Positions 8,415 through 17,089 of a stretch of DNA of 64,000 nt are shown piece by piece (position 1 is the stretch's first letter; every line of letters starts with the position of its first letter). The notes under the pieces were generated by a model, which was not told where the DNA came from, did not search any database, and saw nothing but the letters and a program-made list of their open reading frames with translations. Both the position numbers and the translations under genes were made by a program. This DNA is from Kiloniellaceae bacterium (GTDB lineage Bacteria > Pseudomonadota > Alphaproteobacteria > Kiloniellales > J153): the NCBI GenBank assembly GCA_021776095.1, contig JAJFGO010000058.1, positions 6,652-70,651 on the forward strand. The letters run 5' to 3'.

Positions 8415-9905
8415 ATGAGAAACCCCTTTCGGAATTGCGGTCTTTGGCCCTGGATCCGCCACGTGGCGGCGATGCGCCGTGGCAAAATCTGCGCCAATGC
8501 AATTGCCCTCGCGTTGCCGTTGAGCGCCGCCGCCCTAGGCGATGCCCTGGCCCACACGTCGGAGCGCGCGGTGCTCATGCTGTTGCCGACGGACTACTAC
8601 CTGATCGGTGGCGCGATCGCCGTCGCCTGTACCTTCGCGGTACTGGGCTTCATGCCCGCGCACATCCTGGGCAGGATTTTCGTACACGATACCGAGGCGC
8701 CGGCCCAGGCGCCGCCGCGACCTGAAAACGGGCGCCGATATGCCGTCAGCGGTTTGTCGTTCTTGATCTTCGCGTTCTTGATCTATGGCGGATTCGCCGG
8801 CAGTCGGGATCCCTTGGCCAATCCCTTGCCCTTGACGATTTGGACCCTGGGATGGGTCGGGTTAACCCTGGCCCATGCTCTTTTCGGGAACTTTTGGCAC
8901 TGGATTAATCCCTGGAGCGGCCCCTATCGAATCGTCACCGCCTTGATACGTCGCGATGAGGAGCGCCCGCCATTGAGCCTGCCGAAGGGCCTCGGCCATC
9001 TGCCCGCGATCCTGGGTCTGTTCGCCGTCGGCTGGTTCGAGCTGGTCGACCTGGCGCCCGACGATCCCGGCCGCCTGGCCTGGGCGGCGGGAGCCTATTG
9101 GTCGATCACATTCGGCGCCATGTTGGCATTCGGCGAGGCCGAATGGCGATCTCGGGGCGAGTGTTTTTCGATCTTTTTTCGCTTCGTTTCACTTTTGGCG
9201 CCGTTTGCGCGAAACGGCGCCGGCCGAATTGTGCCGGTGGTCCCGGGCGCGCGCGTCCTCGCCGCGCCACCACCACCGCTGAGCGCGGTGCTCTTTATCC
9301 TGCTCGCCCTGGCGACGGTGTCGTTCGATGGTTTGAACAAAACCTTCTGGTATTTGGATTTGATCGGCATAAACCCGCTTGCATTTCCAGGCCGTTCTGC
9401 CGTCGTTTGGCCGAATACTTTCGGTTTGATTGGCATGTTCGGCGCCATGGCCGGCCTCTTTTGCTTTTGCGTCGCTGTTGGCGCCCGGGCCGCCGGCGCG
9501 AAGAATCCTTGGGCCGGCCTCGGGTGCCTTGTGCTGGCACTCTTGCCGATCTCTCTCGCCTACCACTTTTCCCATTACTTGACGGTGCTGCTGGTCAATC
9601 TGCAATACGCCCTGGCCGCGGCGACCGACCCGCTGGGCATGGGACTGGACCTGTTGGGACTTGGGCGCTTTCACGTCACCACGTCATTCCTGGCCGACCA
9701 TCGCAGCGTGGAGGTGATCTGGAATCTGGTGGCTGGCGTCATTGTCATCGGCCATCTTTGGGCGGTCGTCCTGGCCCATGCGATCGCGCTTCGTTTGCAC
9801 GACACGCCGCGCCGCGCCGCGAATTCTCAGGTCCCCTTGGCCGCCTTGATGGTCGCCTACACGGTCTTTGGCTTGTGGCTCTTGTCGACTCCGACGGGCG
9901 CGTGA
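8415..9905 (+). CDS. Polytopic integral membrane protein, function unknown
   Basis: 496 aa with more than 10 hydrophobic spans. A signal-like N-terminus ends ...AAALGDALA-HTSERAV. An alternative ATG at 8472 (MRRGKICANAIALALPLSAAALG) is plausible because the upstream terminator ends only 15 nt before 8415. Confidence 0.55.
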   Translation: MRNPFRNCGLWPWIRHVAAMRRGKICANAIALALPLSAAALGDALAHTSERAVLMLLPTDYYLIGGAIAVACTFAVLGFMPAHILGRIFVHDTEAPAQAPPRPENGRRYAVSGLSFLIFAFLIYGGFAGSRDPLANPLPLTIWTLGWVGLTLAHALFGNFWHWINPWSGPYRIVTALIRRDEERPPLSLPKGLGHLPAILGLFAVGWFELVDLAPDDPGRLAWAAGAYWSITFGAMLAFGEAEWRSRGECFSIFFRFVSLLAPFARNGAGRIVPVVPGARVLAAPPPPLSAVLFILLALATVSFDGLNKTFWYLDLIGINPLAFPGRSAVVWPNTFGLIGMFGAMAGLFCFCVAVGARAAGAKNPWAGLGCLVLALLPISLAYHFSHYLTVLLVNLQYALAAATDPLGMGLDLLGLGRFHVTTSFLADHRSVEVIWNLVAGVIVIGHLWAVVLAHAIALRLHDTPRRAANSQVPLAALMVAYTVFGLWLLSTPTGA

Positions 9906-10015
9906 CCGGGCGGTCGATTTCGCTGGATTCCAGGTCCGGCAGGGCACTAACATATTGTGGGAAAAGTAAATGTCGCTTCGGCGCAAACCAACAAGGCACC
10001 TTGGGAGGGCAAGAC

Positions 10016-11323
10016 ATGGTTGAATCGGTGAGGCCAAAACGCAAACAGCCGGTGAGCGGCGTTACACGCCGCAAAGCCTTGGTCGGTTTGGGCGGCGCGG
10101 CGGTTTCCGGCGTCTTGCCGGGTTTCGTGCGCTATGCGCAGGCTCAGTCCTCGGCCCCGATCAAGATTGGCTTCCAGGTTCATCGCACGGGCATCGGCGC
10201 GTCCTATGGCCGTTGGTATGATCGAACCACAAAGGCAGCGGCCCTCCTGATCAACGAATCGGGCGGCATCAACGGGCGCCCGGTTGAGATCATCGCCGAA
10301 GACGACGGCACGGATCCCAAACGCGGCGCCGAGGTCGTGGAGAAATTCGCCACCCAACATGGCGCCGATGTCGCCTTCGGCACCTTGTTCAGCCATGTGG
10401 TCATCGGCTCCGCGCCGCGCGCCGGGGAACTGAAGATCCCGTATTTCGTGGTTAGCGAGGGGCATCACGTCGCCTCTGGCATGCTGAACCGCTATACACT
10501 GCAGCCCGGCATCACGGACGTAAAAAGCCAGGTCCAGTCCATGGCGCCTTGGGTCGCCGCTAATCTGGGTAAGAAGGTCACCATGATTTACCCGGATTTC
10601 GCGTTCGGCCACGATCATCGGGATTATTTCTCGGCCGCCATGGCGGCGCAGGGCGGGGAGGTCATCGGCAAGATCGCGATTCCCCCGACCGAAAGCTCGT
10701 TCTTCAAATATTTCCCGAAGATCCCGCGCGGCACCGACGTCCTCTACCATGTTATGGTCGGCCCCGGCGTGCTGACCTTCGTCAAGGAAATGGGTGAGTT
10801 CTTCGGTTCCAAGCGGCCGGAGATATTCGGCTTCATCGATTCGCTGGAGGCGGTAAACATCAACAGCCCGGGGCTGGAATTCCTGGAGGGCAGCTATTTC
10901 TGGGAAGGCAATCCGCGCTACGCCCAAGCGCAATCGACCAAGTTCGACGCCTTTTACCGCGCCAAGGTAGGTGTGGACGCGACCGGCGCCAGCGTCAACG
11001 ACCCGAAGGACATCTCGACCTACGCCCACATGTTCGGATGCTGGGAAACGCTTCACGTCATCAAGCAGGGCATGGAATCGGCCGGCTATCGCGGCCCGGG
11101 CGACCGCGCCAAGCTGATCGAAGCGGTCGAATCCATCACCGACATGGCGGCCAGCCAGGCCCACCCGCAGGGCGCCAAGCTCTTCAACGGCAAAACCCAT
11201 CAGGTCTTTGGGCACCAGTACATATCGCAGGTCGGCGGCGGCAAGCTCAACGTCGTGCACAGGACTGCGATCGAGGACGGCTTTTACAAAGACGAAGTCG
11301 ACTACACCTCTCAACCGCTCTGA
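10016..11323 (+). CDS. Liv-type (branched-chain amino acid family) ABC substrate-binding protein, twin-arginine signal
   Basis: Internal ATG of the 741-aa track ORF, preceded by GGGAGGG. Begins MVESVRPKRKQPVSGVTRRKALVGLGGAAVSGVLPGFVRYAQA (Tat-like RRKAL). Then IKIGFQVHRTG...INGRPVEIIAEDDGTDPKRG, typical of LivJ/K-fold SBPs. Confidence 0.85.
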   Translation: MVESVRPKRKQPVSGVTRRKALVGLGGAAVSGVLPGFVRYAQAQSSAPIKIGFQVHRTGIGASYGRWYDRTTKAAALLINESGGINGRPVEIIAEDDGTDPKRGAEVVEKFATQHGADVAFGTLFSHVVIGSAPRAGELKIPYFVVSEGHHVASGMLNRYTLQPGITDVKSQVQSMAPWVAANLGKKVTMIYPDFAFGHDHRDYFSAAMAAQGGEVIGKIAIPPTESSFFKYFPKIPRGTDVLYHVMVGPGVLTFVKEMGEFFGSKRPEIFGFIDSLEAVNINSPGLEFLEGSYFWEGNPRYAQAQSTKFDAFYRAKVGVDATGASVNDPKDISTYAHMFGCWETLHVIKQGMESAGYRGPGDRAKLIEAVESITDMAASQAHPQGAKLFNGKTHQVFGHQYISQVGGGKLNVVHRTAIEDGFYKDEVDYTSQPL

Positions 11324-11342
11324 GCGGACACGTTTTCTGGGG

Positions 11343-11361
11343 CGGAGGATACCGGCCTCCG
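11343..11361 (+). other. Short stem-loop after the SBP gene
   Basis: CGGAGG-ATACCGG-CCTCCG (6-bp stem) followed by a T/C-rich tract. Weak. Confidence 0.2.
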
Positions 11362-11407
11362 TCCCGGTTTCCTTTCCCGATACGCCGCCTGTCAGGGGAC
11401 AACCGCG

Positions 11408-12289
11408 TTGGATTTCGGTCCCTATTTTCTGTTAGCCACGCTTGAAGGCGCCGTCGGCGCGGCGGTGCTGGCGCTGACCGCCCTCGGCCTGTCGCTGGTC
11501 TTCGGGGTCATGCGGATCGTCAATGTCGCCCACGGTGCGTTCTTTATGCTGGGCGCCATTATCGCGTGGTGGGTCGCCGATACGCTCGGCGCTGGCCCTA
11601 TGCTCAGCTTTCTCGCCGCTTTGATTATCAGTCCCCTGGCCGTCGGTGCCGTGGCCGTGTTGGCGGAACGCCTGATCCTGCGACGGCTGAACTACAATCC
11701 CGAAAGCACCATCGTCGCCACCATCGGTTTGCTTTACGTCATCGAGCAGGTTGCGCTGATGACCTATGGGCCGGACGCTAGGCCGGTCGTGGCGCCCATT
11801 GACTTTCGGGTCCAACTGCCCTGGTTCGGGTATTCCGGCTACAAGCTTCTGGTGATCGCGGCGTCCATCGTCGTGATGTTGGCGGTTTGGTGGGGGCTGA
11901 CCCGGACCCGGATCGGGCTGATGATGCGCGCGACCCAATTCGATTCCGAAACCGCGCGCGCCTTCGCGATTCCCGTCGACCGGGTCTATGGCGGCGTCTT
12001 CGCCTTCGGCGCCATGTTGGCGGCTATCGGGGCCGTATTGGTGGTGCCGATCCAACAGGCCCATTACCTCATGGGCAACGACCCGCTGCTGCTGTCCTTC
12101 ATTGTGGTTATCATCGGCGGCCTGGGCAGCTTGAGGGGGACCGTTCTCGCGGCCGTCATAATCGGGTTGAGCGACGGCATTATCTCGGTCTTCTTCTCGC
12201 CGACCCTCGCTAAGATTATCGCCACCCTTGTTGTCGCCATGATCCTGGTCATACGGCCGAAGGGTTTGTTCGGCACCCAATCCGCATGA
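11408..12289 (+). CDS. Branched-chain-type ABC permease (LivH-like)
   Basis: 293 aa, polytopic. TTG start with AGGGGA about 10 nt upstream. Typical LivH N-terminus (LSLVFGVMRIVNVAHGAFFMLGA). Confidence 0.85.
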   Translation: MDFGPYFLLATLEGAVGAAVLALTALGLSLVFGVMRIVNVAHGAFFMLGAIIAWWVADTLGAGPMLSFLAALIISPLAVGAVAVLAERLILRRLNYNPESTIVATIGLLYVIEQVALMTYGPDARPVVAPIDFRVQLPWFGYSGYKLLVIAASIVVMLAVWWGLTRTRIGLMMRATQFDSETARAFAIPVDRVYGGVFAFGAMLAAIGAVLVVPIQQAHYLMGNDPLLLSFIVVIIGGLGSLRGTVLAAVIIGLSDGIISVFFSPTLAKIIATLVVAMILVIRPKGLFGTQSA

Positions 12290-13236
12290 GATCACGCTGG
12301 GCCAACAAAGCGACCGTCCTACATGTGGGCGTGATCGCGGTTCTTTTCGCGCTTCAGTTCGTATTGCCCGAATACCACCATGTGAATCTTGCCAGGGTCA
12401 TGGTTCTGGCCAGCTTCGCCATGGGCTACAATATCGCCTTCGGCTATACTGGCCTATTGAGCCTGGGCCACGCCATGTTCTTCGCGGCTGGGCTCTACGC
12501 GGCCGGGCTCATGGCGCAGTTTGCCGGCGTCAGTGCGGCGGGCGGTCTCCTCCTAGGCGTCGCGGCTGGTTTGGCCTTGGCCGCGGCGGTCGGTTGCCTG
12601 GCCCTGCGCACCACCGGCGTCTCTTTCATGATCGTCACCCTCATGTTCGCCCAGGCGGCGTTTCTGGCGACCTTCTATTTCGGCGAATATACCCGCGGGG
12701 ACGAGGGTTTCGTGATCCCGTCCCATCTGCGCCATCTGTTCGGGCTTTTCCTGGCCGAGCCGGCCACACGCTATTTCGTGGCGCTGTCCCTGTTCGCCCT
12801 GTGCCTGGCGATCAGCTTCGCCGTCGCCCGTTCGTCCATGGGGCGCGTCCTGGCGGCTATCCGGGAAAACGAGGAACGGACCCGGATGCTGGGCTACAAC
12901 GTCTTTCTATATAAGCTTGTGGCTTTGACGATCTCGGGCGCCATGTCTGGCCTAGTTGGGGCCGCTTACGGGATGCTCTTCGGCTACGTCGGCGCGACCT
13001 TCGCGTCGATCCAATATTCGATTTTTCCGCTGCTCTGGGTCTTGATGGGCGGCGCCGCCACGGTCCTGGGGCCGTTCGTCGGCACCTTGCTGATGTTCTA
13101 TCTGGTGGACATCAGCAGCGGCTTCACCTCCGCCAACATGTTGATCGTTGGCCTGGCCTTGATCGGTTTGATCCTGTTCTTTCCCAAGGGGATCCTGGGA
13201 AGCCTCCGCGAGCGGGCCGCGCCATGGCTGCCATGA
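12286..13236 (+). CDS. Branched-chain-type ABC permease (LivM-like)
   Basis: 316 aa, polytopic. ATGA start/stop overlap with the preceding gene. GYTGLLSLGHAMFFAAG motif. Confidence 0.85.
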   Translation: MRSRWANKATVLHVGVIAVLFALQFVLPEYHHVNLARVMVLASFAMGYNIAFGYTGLLSLGHAMFFAAGLYAAGLMAQFAGVSAAGGLLLGVAAGLALAAAVGCLALRTTGVSFMIVTLMFAQAAFLATFYFGEYTRGDEGFVIPSHLRHLFGLFLAEPATRYFVALSLFALCLAISFAVARSSMGRVLAAIRENEERTRMLGYNVFLYKLVALTISGAMSGLVGAAYGMLFGYVGATFASIQYSIFPLLWVLMGGAATVLGPFVGTLLMFYLVDISSGFTSANMLIVGLALIGLILFFPKGILGSLRERAAPWLP

Positions 13237-13958
13237 CCTTGCTCTCCACCGAGAACCTGTCGAAGCAGTTCGGCGGCTTGCGGGCCGTGGACTCGGTCAG
13301 TTTCACCTTCCTCGAGGGCGAGATTCGCGCGCTCATCGGCCCGAACGGGGCCGGCAAGACCACTTTCGTCAACCTTCTGTCTGGGCGCATTCCGCCGACC
13401 GAGGGGCGGGTCGTTTTCGCCGGCGAGGACGTCACCCGGCTTCCCGCTCACGCCCGGGTCAACCGCGGGATCGCCTACACGTTCCAGATCACCAGCGTTT
13501 TCGCCGGCATGTCGGCCATGGACAACGTCAAGCTTTCCGCCCAAAGGCGCTTGTCGAAAGGACTGTTCGGCCCGGACCCGGCGTTGTTGGAGCGCGTCGC
13601 CCTGAGCGCCCTCGAGCGGGTTGGGCTTGCTGCGCGGCGGGACGAGATCGCCGGGAACTTGAGCTATGGACATCAACGGCTTCTCGAAGTCGCCATGGGG
13701 CTTGGCCTGGACCCAAAGCTTCTGATTCTCGACGAACCCACCCAGGGCCTTTCGGACGAAGAGATCGCGGTTTTTGTCACCTTGGTGAAGGAGATCGCGC
13801 AGAATGCCTCTATCCTGCTGATCGAACACAACATGGATGTGGTGATGGGCCTGGCCCACACTATCACGGTCTTGGATCGGGGCCGCATTCTGGCGCAAGG
13901 GACTCCGGATGAAATCCGGCGTAACGAGGCGGTGAGACGGGCGTATCTGGGCAAGTGA
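13224..13958 (+). CDS. ABC ATP-binding protein (LivG-like)
   Basis: Walker A GPNGAGKTT. LSYGHQRLLEVAMGL. LILDEPTQGL. An in-frame ATG at 13233 (ATGA overlap) is an alternative start. Confidence 0.9.
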   Translation: MAAMTLLSTENLSKQFGGLRAVDSVSFTFLEGEIRALIGPNGAGKTTFVNLLSGRIPPTEGRVVFAGEDVTRLPAHARVNRGIAYTFQITSVFAGMSAMDNVKLSAQRRLSKGLFGPDPALLERVALSALERVGLAARRDEIAGNLSYGHQRLLEVAMGLGLDPKLLILDEPTQGLSDEEIAVFVTLVKEIAQNASILLIEHNMDVVMGLAHTITVLDRGRILAQGTPDEIRRNEAVRRAYLGK

Positions 13959-14659
13959 TGCTGACGGTCGAAAACATAAACTGCTTCTACGGCCACACCC
14001 AGGTGTTGCGGGATTTTTCACTCGCGGCTGAGGCGGGGCGGATTCTTTGTGTCATGGGGCGCAACGGGGCCGGCAAGACCACGGCGCTCAAATCCATCAT
14101 GGGCCTGGTACGCCCACGTAGCGGGCGGGTGATGATCGACGGGGTCGATATCGCGGCCCTACAGGCCGAGGAAGCGCCTCGGCACGGCATTGGCTACGTG
14201 CCGCAAGGCCGGCGCCTGTTTTCCGAACTGACCGTGGGGGATAATCTGGAAATCGGCCTGATGGCACGGGGGTCCGGCGATGATGTTAAAGAACATACGC
14301 TGGATTTCTTCCCGGCTCTGCGCGAGCGGCTGGACCAACGGGCCGGCACCTTGTCGGGCGGCGAACAGCAGATGCTGGCGATTGCGCGGGCGCTGTGTCT
14401 GGAACCGACAGTCTTGCTTCTGGATGAGCCGACCGAGGGCCTGATGCCCTCCATGATCGCGCGCATCCGGGACGTGGTGCTAGAGTTGAAAAGCCAGGGC
14501 GTCGCCGTGATCCTGGTCGAACAGCGGGTCGATGCCGTCCTGCAGATTGCCGACCGGGTGCTGTTCGTGGAAAACGGACGCAGCCGCGATACGGTCGAGG
14601 CCGAAGCCCTGCGGGACTCGCCGGACATGCTCGACCGTTACCTCGGCATGGGTCATTGA
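13958..14659 (+). CDS. ABC ATP-binding protein (LivF-like)
   Basis: GRNGAGKTT. LSGGEQQMLAIARAL. LLLDEPTEGL. The ATG at 13958 overlaps the upstream TGA; the track start at 13955 is an in-frame GTG. Confidence 0.9.
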   Translation: MLTVENINCFYGHTQVLRDFSLAAEAGRILCVMGRNGAGKTTALKSIMGLVRPRSGRVMIDGVDIAALQAEEAPRHGIGYVPQGRRLFSELTVGDNLEIGLMARGSGDDVKEHTLDFFPALRERLDQRAGTLSGGEQQMLAIARALCLEPTVLLLDEPTEGLMPSMIARIRDVVLELKSQGVAVILVEQRVDAVLQIADRVLFVENGRSRDTVEAEALRDSPDMLDRYLGMGH

Positions 14660-14726
14660 TGGATTCATCAAGCTGCGGCGCATAAGGACCTTTGCGGCAA
14701 CGCGGCGAAATTAGGGAGGAACGGCC

Positions 14727-15902
14727 ATGGCGGACTCGGCACATAAACTGGTCATCAAGAACATCGGGCTGATCCTATCCGGGGCTTTGGAAAAACCGAT
14801 CATCGAGGGCGACACGGTGGTGGCGGTCGGCGGCAAGATTGCCGCGGTCGGATACGAGAAGGACCTCGATACGGATCAGCCGGATAGCTTGATCGATGCC
14901 CATGGTGTCGCCCTCTCGCCGGGCCTGATCGACAGCCACGTGCATCCGGTCATCGGCGATTACACACCGCGCCAGCAGCAGCTGAACTGGATCGACTCCT
15001 GTTTGCACGGTGGCGTCACCACCATGATCTCAGCGGGCGAGGTGCACATGCCGGGCCGGCCCAAGGATATCGTCGGGCTCAAGGCCATGGCCATCGCGTC
15101 TCAACGCTGGTACGAGAATTTCCGCCCCTCCGGGGTCAAAGTCCTGGCCGGAGCGCCGGTCATCGAAGAGGGCATGGAAGAGCAGGACTTCAAGGACATG
15201 GCCGAGGCTGGCGTGACGCTGCTGGGCGAAGTCGGCTTAGGTTCGGTCAAGGCCGGGGACAAGGCCAAGCAGATGGTGGCCTGGGCGCGCAAATACGGAA
15301 TTCAATCCACCATCCATACCGGCGGCCCGTCGATTCCCGGCTCCGGCCTGATCGACAAGGACGTGGTACTGGAGGCGGACGCCGACATCATCGGCCACAT
15401 CAACGGCGGTCATACCGCGCTGCCCGACGATCAGATCGTCTGCTTGTGCGAAAGGTGCGGGCGCGGGATCGAGCTCGTGCACAACGGGAACGAGCGGGCC
15501 GCACTACTTGCCATGCGCACCGCCTTCGAGTTGAAGCAGTCGGAACGGGTGATCCTGGGCACCGATGCGCCGGCCGGTTCGGGCGTGCAGCCGCTCGGCA
15601 TCCTGCGCATGATCGCCATGCTGTCGTCGCTCGGCGACGTGCCGGCGGAAATCGCCTTTTGCTTTGCCACCGGCAATACTGCGCGCATGCGCGGGCTTGA
15701 TTGCGGCTTGATCGAGGCCGGCAAGTCCGCCGACTTTATCCTGATCGATACCGCCCAGCACGCGCCGGGCAAGGACATGTTGGAGTCGATCCACCAAGGC
15801 AATCTGCCCGGCGTCGGCATGACCGTGATCGACGGCGTGGCGCGCTCCGCGCGGTCCCGCAATACGCCGCCGGCGACGAGACTGCCGGAACAGGTGACAT
15901 AG
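14727..15902 (+). CDS. ena: Enamidase-type amidohydrolase (6-oxo-1,4,5,6-tetrahydronicotinate amidohydrolase-like)
   Basis: 391 aa with GGGAGGA SD. Metal-binding DSHVHP motif. The overall sequence (KNIGLILSG..., GPSIPGSGLIDKD, IIGHINGGHTALPDD, LGTDAPAGSGVQPLG) is what I recognise as the enamidase subfamily. Genomic context includes hnr. Confidence 0.7.
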   Translation: MADSAHKLVIKNIGLILSGALEKPIIEGDTVVAVGGKIAAVGYEKDLDTDQPDSLIDAHGVALSPGLIDSHVHPVIGDYTPRQQQLNWIDSCLHGGVTTMISAGEVHMPGRPKDIVGLKAMAIASQRWYENFRPSGVKVLAGAPVIEEGMEEQDFKDMAEAGVTLLGEVGLGSVKAGDKAKQMVAWARKYGIQSTIHTGGPSIPGSGLIDKDVVLEADADIIGHINGGHTALPDDQIVCLCERCGRGIELVHNGNERAALLAMRTAFELKQSERVILGTDAPAGSGVQPLGILRMIAMLSSLGDVPAEIAFCFATGNTARMRGLDCGLIEAGKSADFILIDTAQHAPGKDMLESIHQGNLPGVGMTVIDGVARSARSRNTPPATRLPEQVT

Positions 15903-15920
15903 AGCCGCGCCGCGTGGGGG

Positions 15921-16508
15921 CTAACGCAAGCCGTCCTCGCCCTTGGCTTCTTCGGCGGTCAAGCCGCCGACGCGGGGCAAGGGACGCCCCGAATCCGTGA
16001 CCGAGATTGCGACCATGATCTCGTTAGCGCGGGGCGCGTCGTTGATGCGCACTTCCATGCCGTCGAAGTGGGAGCGCACATAGGCCGCGTCCTTGTGGCC
16101 CAGAGGGATGTCGAGCGGCTGGCCCATGGAGCCCATCTTTTTTGACGAGGGCACCAGGGCGGCGCCTTTCTCGACCTCGGCGCGTAACGGTTTGCCCAGG
16201 CGTGGATGTAGAATCGCCGCCGCGTGCTCCAGCTCGCCGTTCTCGCCGACCATGGCGGCCTTGCCATAGCTTTCCGCCTGCCGAGGTTCGATGCCCAGGG
16301 CCTCGACGCATCGCCGGCCCAGCACACCGCCCAATTCCTCACCGACGGCCATCAGTTCTTCCAGGTCTTCTTGATATCGGCCCGCAAAGGGATTTTCGAT
16401 CACCGCCACAGCCGCCGCGCGGCGGGTCGGGGGCGAGATATCCTTGCCGATTTCCTTGCGGGTCTCTTCCACAATGGTGACGATCTTGCGGATCTTTGCT
16501 TGGGTCAT
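15921..16508 (-). CDS. Amino-acid-synthesis family protein (AA_synth/DUF1185), copy 2
   Basis: 195 aa with VIENPFAGRY, GELEHAA, YVRSHFDG.EV.INDAPR and a GEDGLR C-terminus. Paralog of the upstream gene. ATGA-type 4-nt overlap with it. Confidence 0.7.
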   Translation of the reverse strand: MTQAKIRKIVTIVEETRKEIGKDISPPTRRAAAVAVIENPFAGRYQEDLEELMAVGEELGGVLGRRCVEALGIEPRQAESYGKAAMVGENGELEHAAAILHPRLGKPLRAEVEKGAALVPSSKKMGSMGQPLDIPLGHKDAAYVRSHFDGMEVRINDAPRANEIMVAISVTDSGRPLPRVGGLTAEEAKGEDGLR

Positions 16509-17089
16509 CTCAGCCCATCCTCTCCTTTGATCTCGCTGGCCTTCAATCCACCGGCGCGGTTGTGGATACGCGGCCCGGTCGTCATGACTAGGGCGACCAG
16601 CATTTCATTCTTTCGGGGCGCGTCGTTGATGCCGACTTCGATTCCGTCGAAGTGCGAGCGGACATAGGAGGCGTTGGTATGGGTCACCGGAATGTCGAGC
16701 CGGGTGCCGGGCCCGCCGACCTTTTTCGACGAGGCGACGATGGCCTTGGAATTCGGGATCAGCTCGCGCATGGAATAGCCGCCCGGCGCGTGCCAGAGGG
16801 CGGCATGTTCCAATTCTCCCGCCTCGCCGACGATAGCGCCCTTGCCATAGCCTTCCACAATGGAGGCGTCGCCGCCCAGGGCGTCGATCAAATCCTGAGC
16901 CATCTTCAGGCCGAGCGGTTTCAAATCGTCGATAAAGCCGACAATGTCCTCGACATAGCGTCCGGCGAAGGGGTTTTCGATGACCGTGCAAACCGCCGCC
17001 CGCCTCAAGGGCAGCGCGGCCACGGGCCCGCCCTCGTGAAAAATCTCGTCGATGGTGATCACCGACTTCCTGACAACAACCTCAGGCAT
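16505..17089 (-). CDS. Amino-acid-synthesis family protein (AA_synth/DUF1185), copy 1
   Basis: 194 aa carrying the same conserved blocks as copy 2. 8-nt overlap with the upstream UPF0280 gene. Confidence 0.7.
   Translation of the reverse strand: MPEVVVRKSVITIDEIFHEGGPVAALPLRRAAVCTVIENPFAGRYVEDIVGFIDDLKPLGLKMAQDLIDALGGDASIVEGYGKGAIVGEAGELEHAALWHAPGGYSMRELIPNSKAIVASSKKVGGPGTRLDIPVTHTNASYVRSHFDGIEVGINDAPRKNEMLVALVMTTGPRIHNRAGGLKASEIKGEDGLR

Noticed and set aside
9947-11314. 455-aa minus-strand ORF
   Set aside because: It is antisense to the Liv-type SBP gene and has no recognisable domain.
9098-11323. 741-aa ORF in the track, which would be a giant protein overlapping the 8415-9905 membrane gene
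   Set aside because: The first 306 codons are Arg/Gly/Pro-rich low-complexity read-through in an alternative frame of the membrane gene. A good SD, an ATG and a Tat signal peptide appear at 10016, so only 10016-11323 is called.
14483-14488. Additional CTAGAG strings (also near 22733 and 36234) as possible further repeat units
   Set aside because: They lie inside well-supported coding sequences and lack the rest of the unit (ATC.G..C.ATTGAACC). These are chance hexamers.
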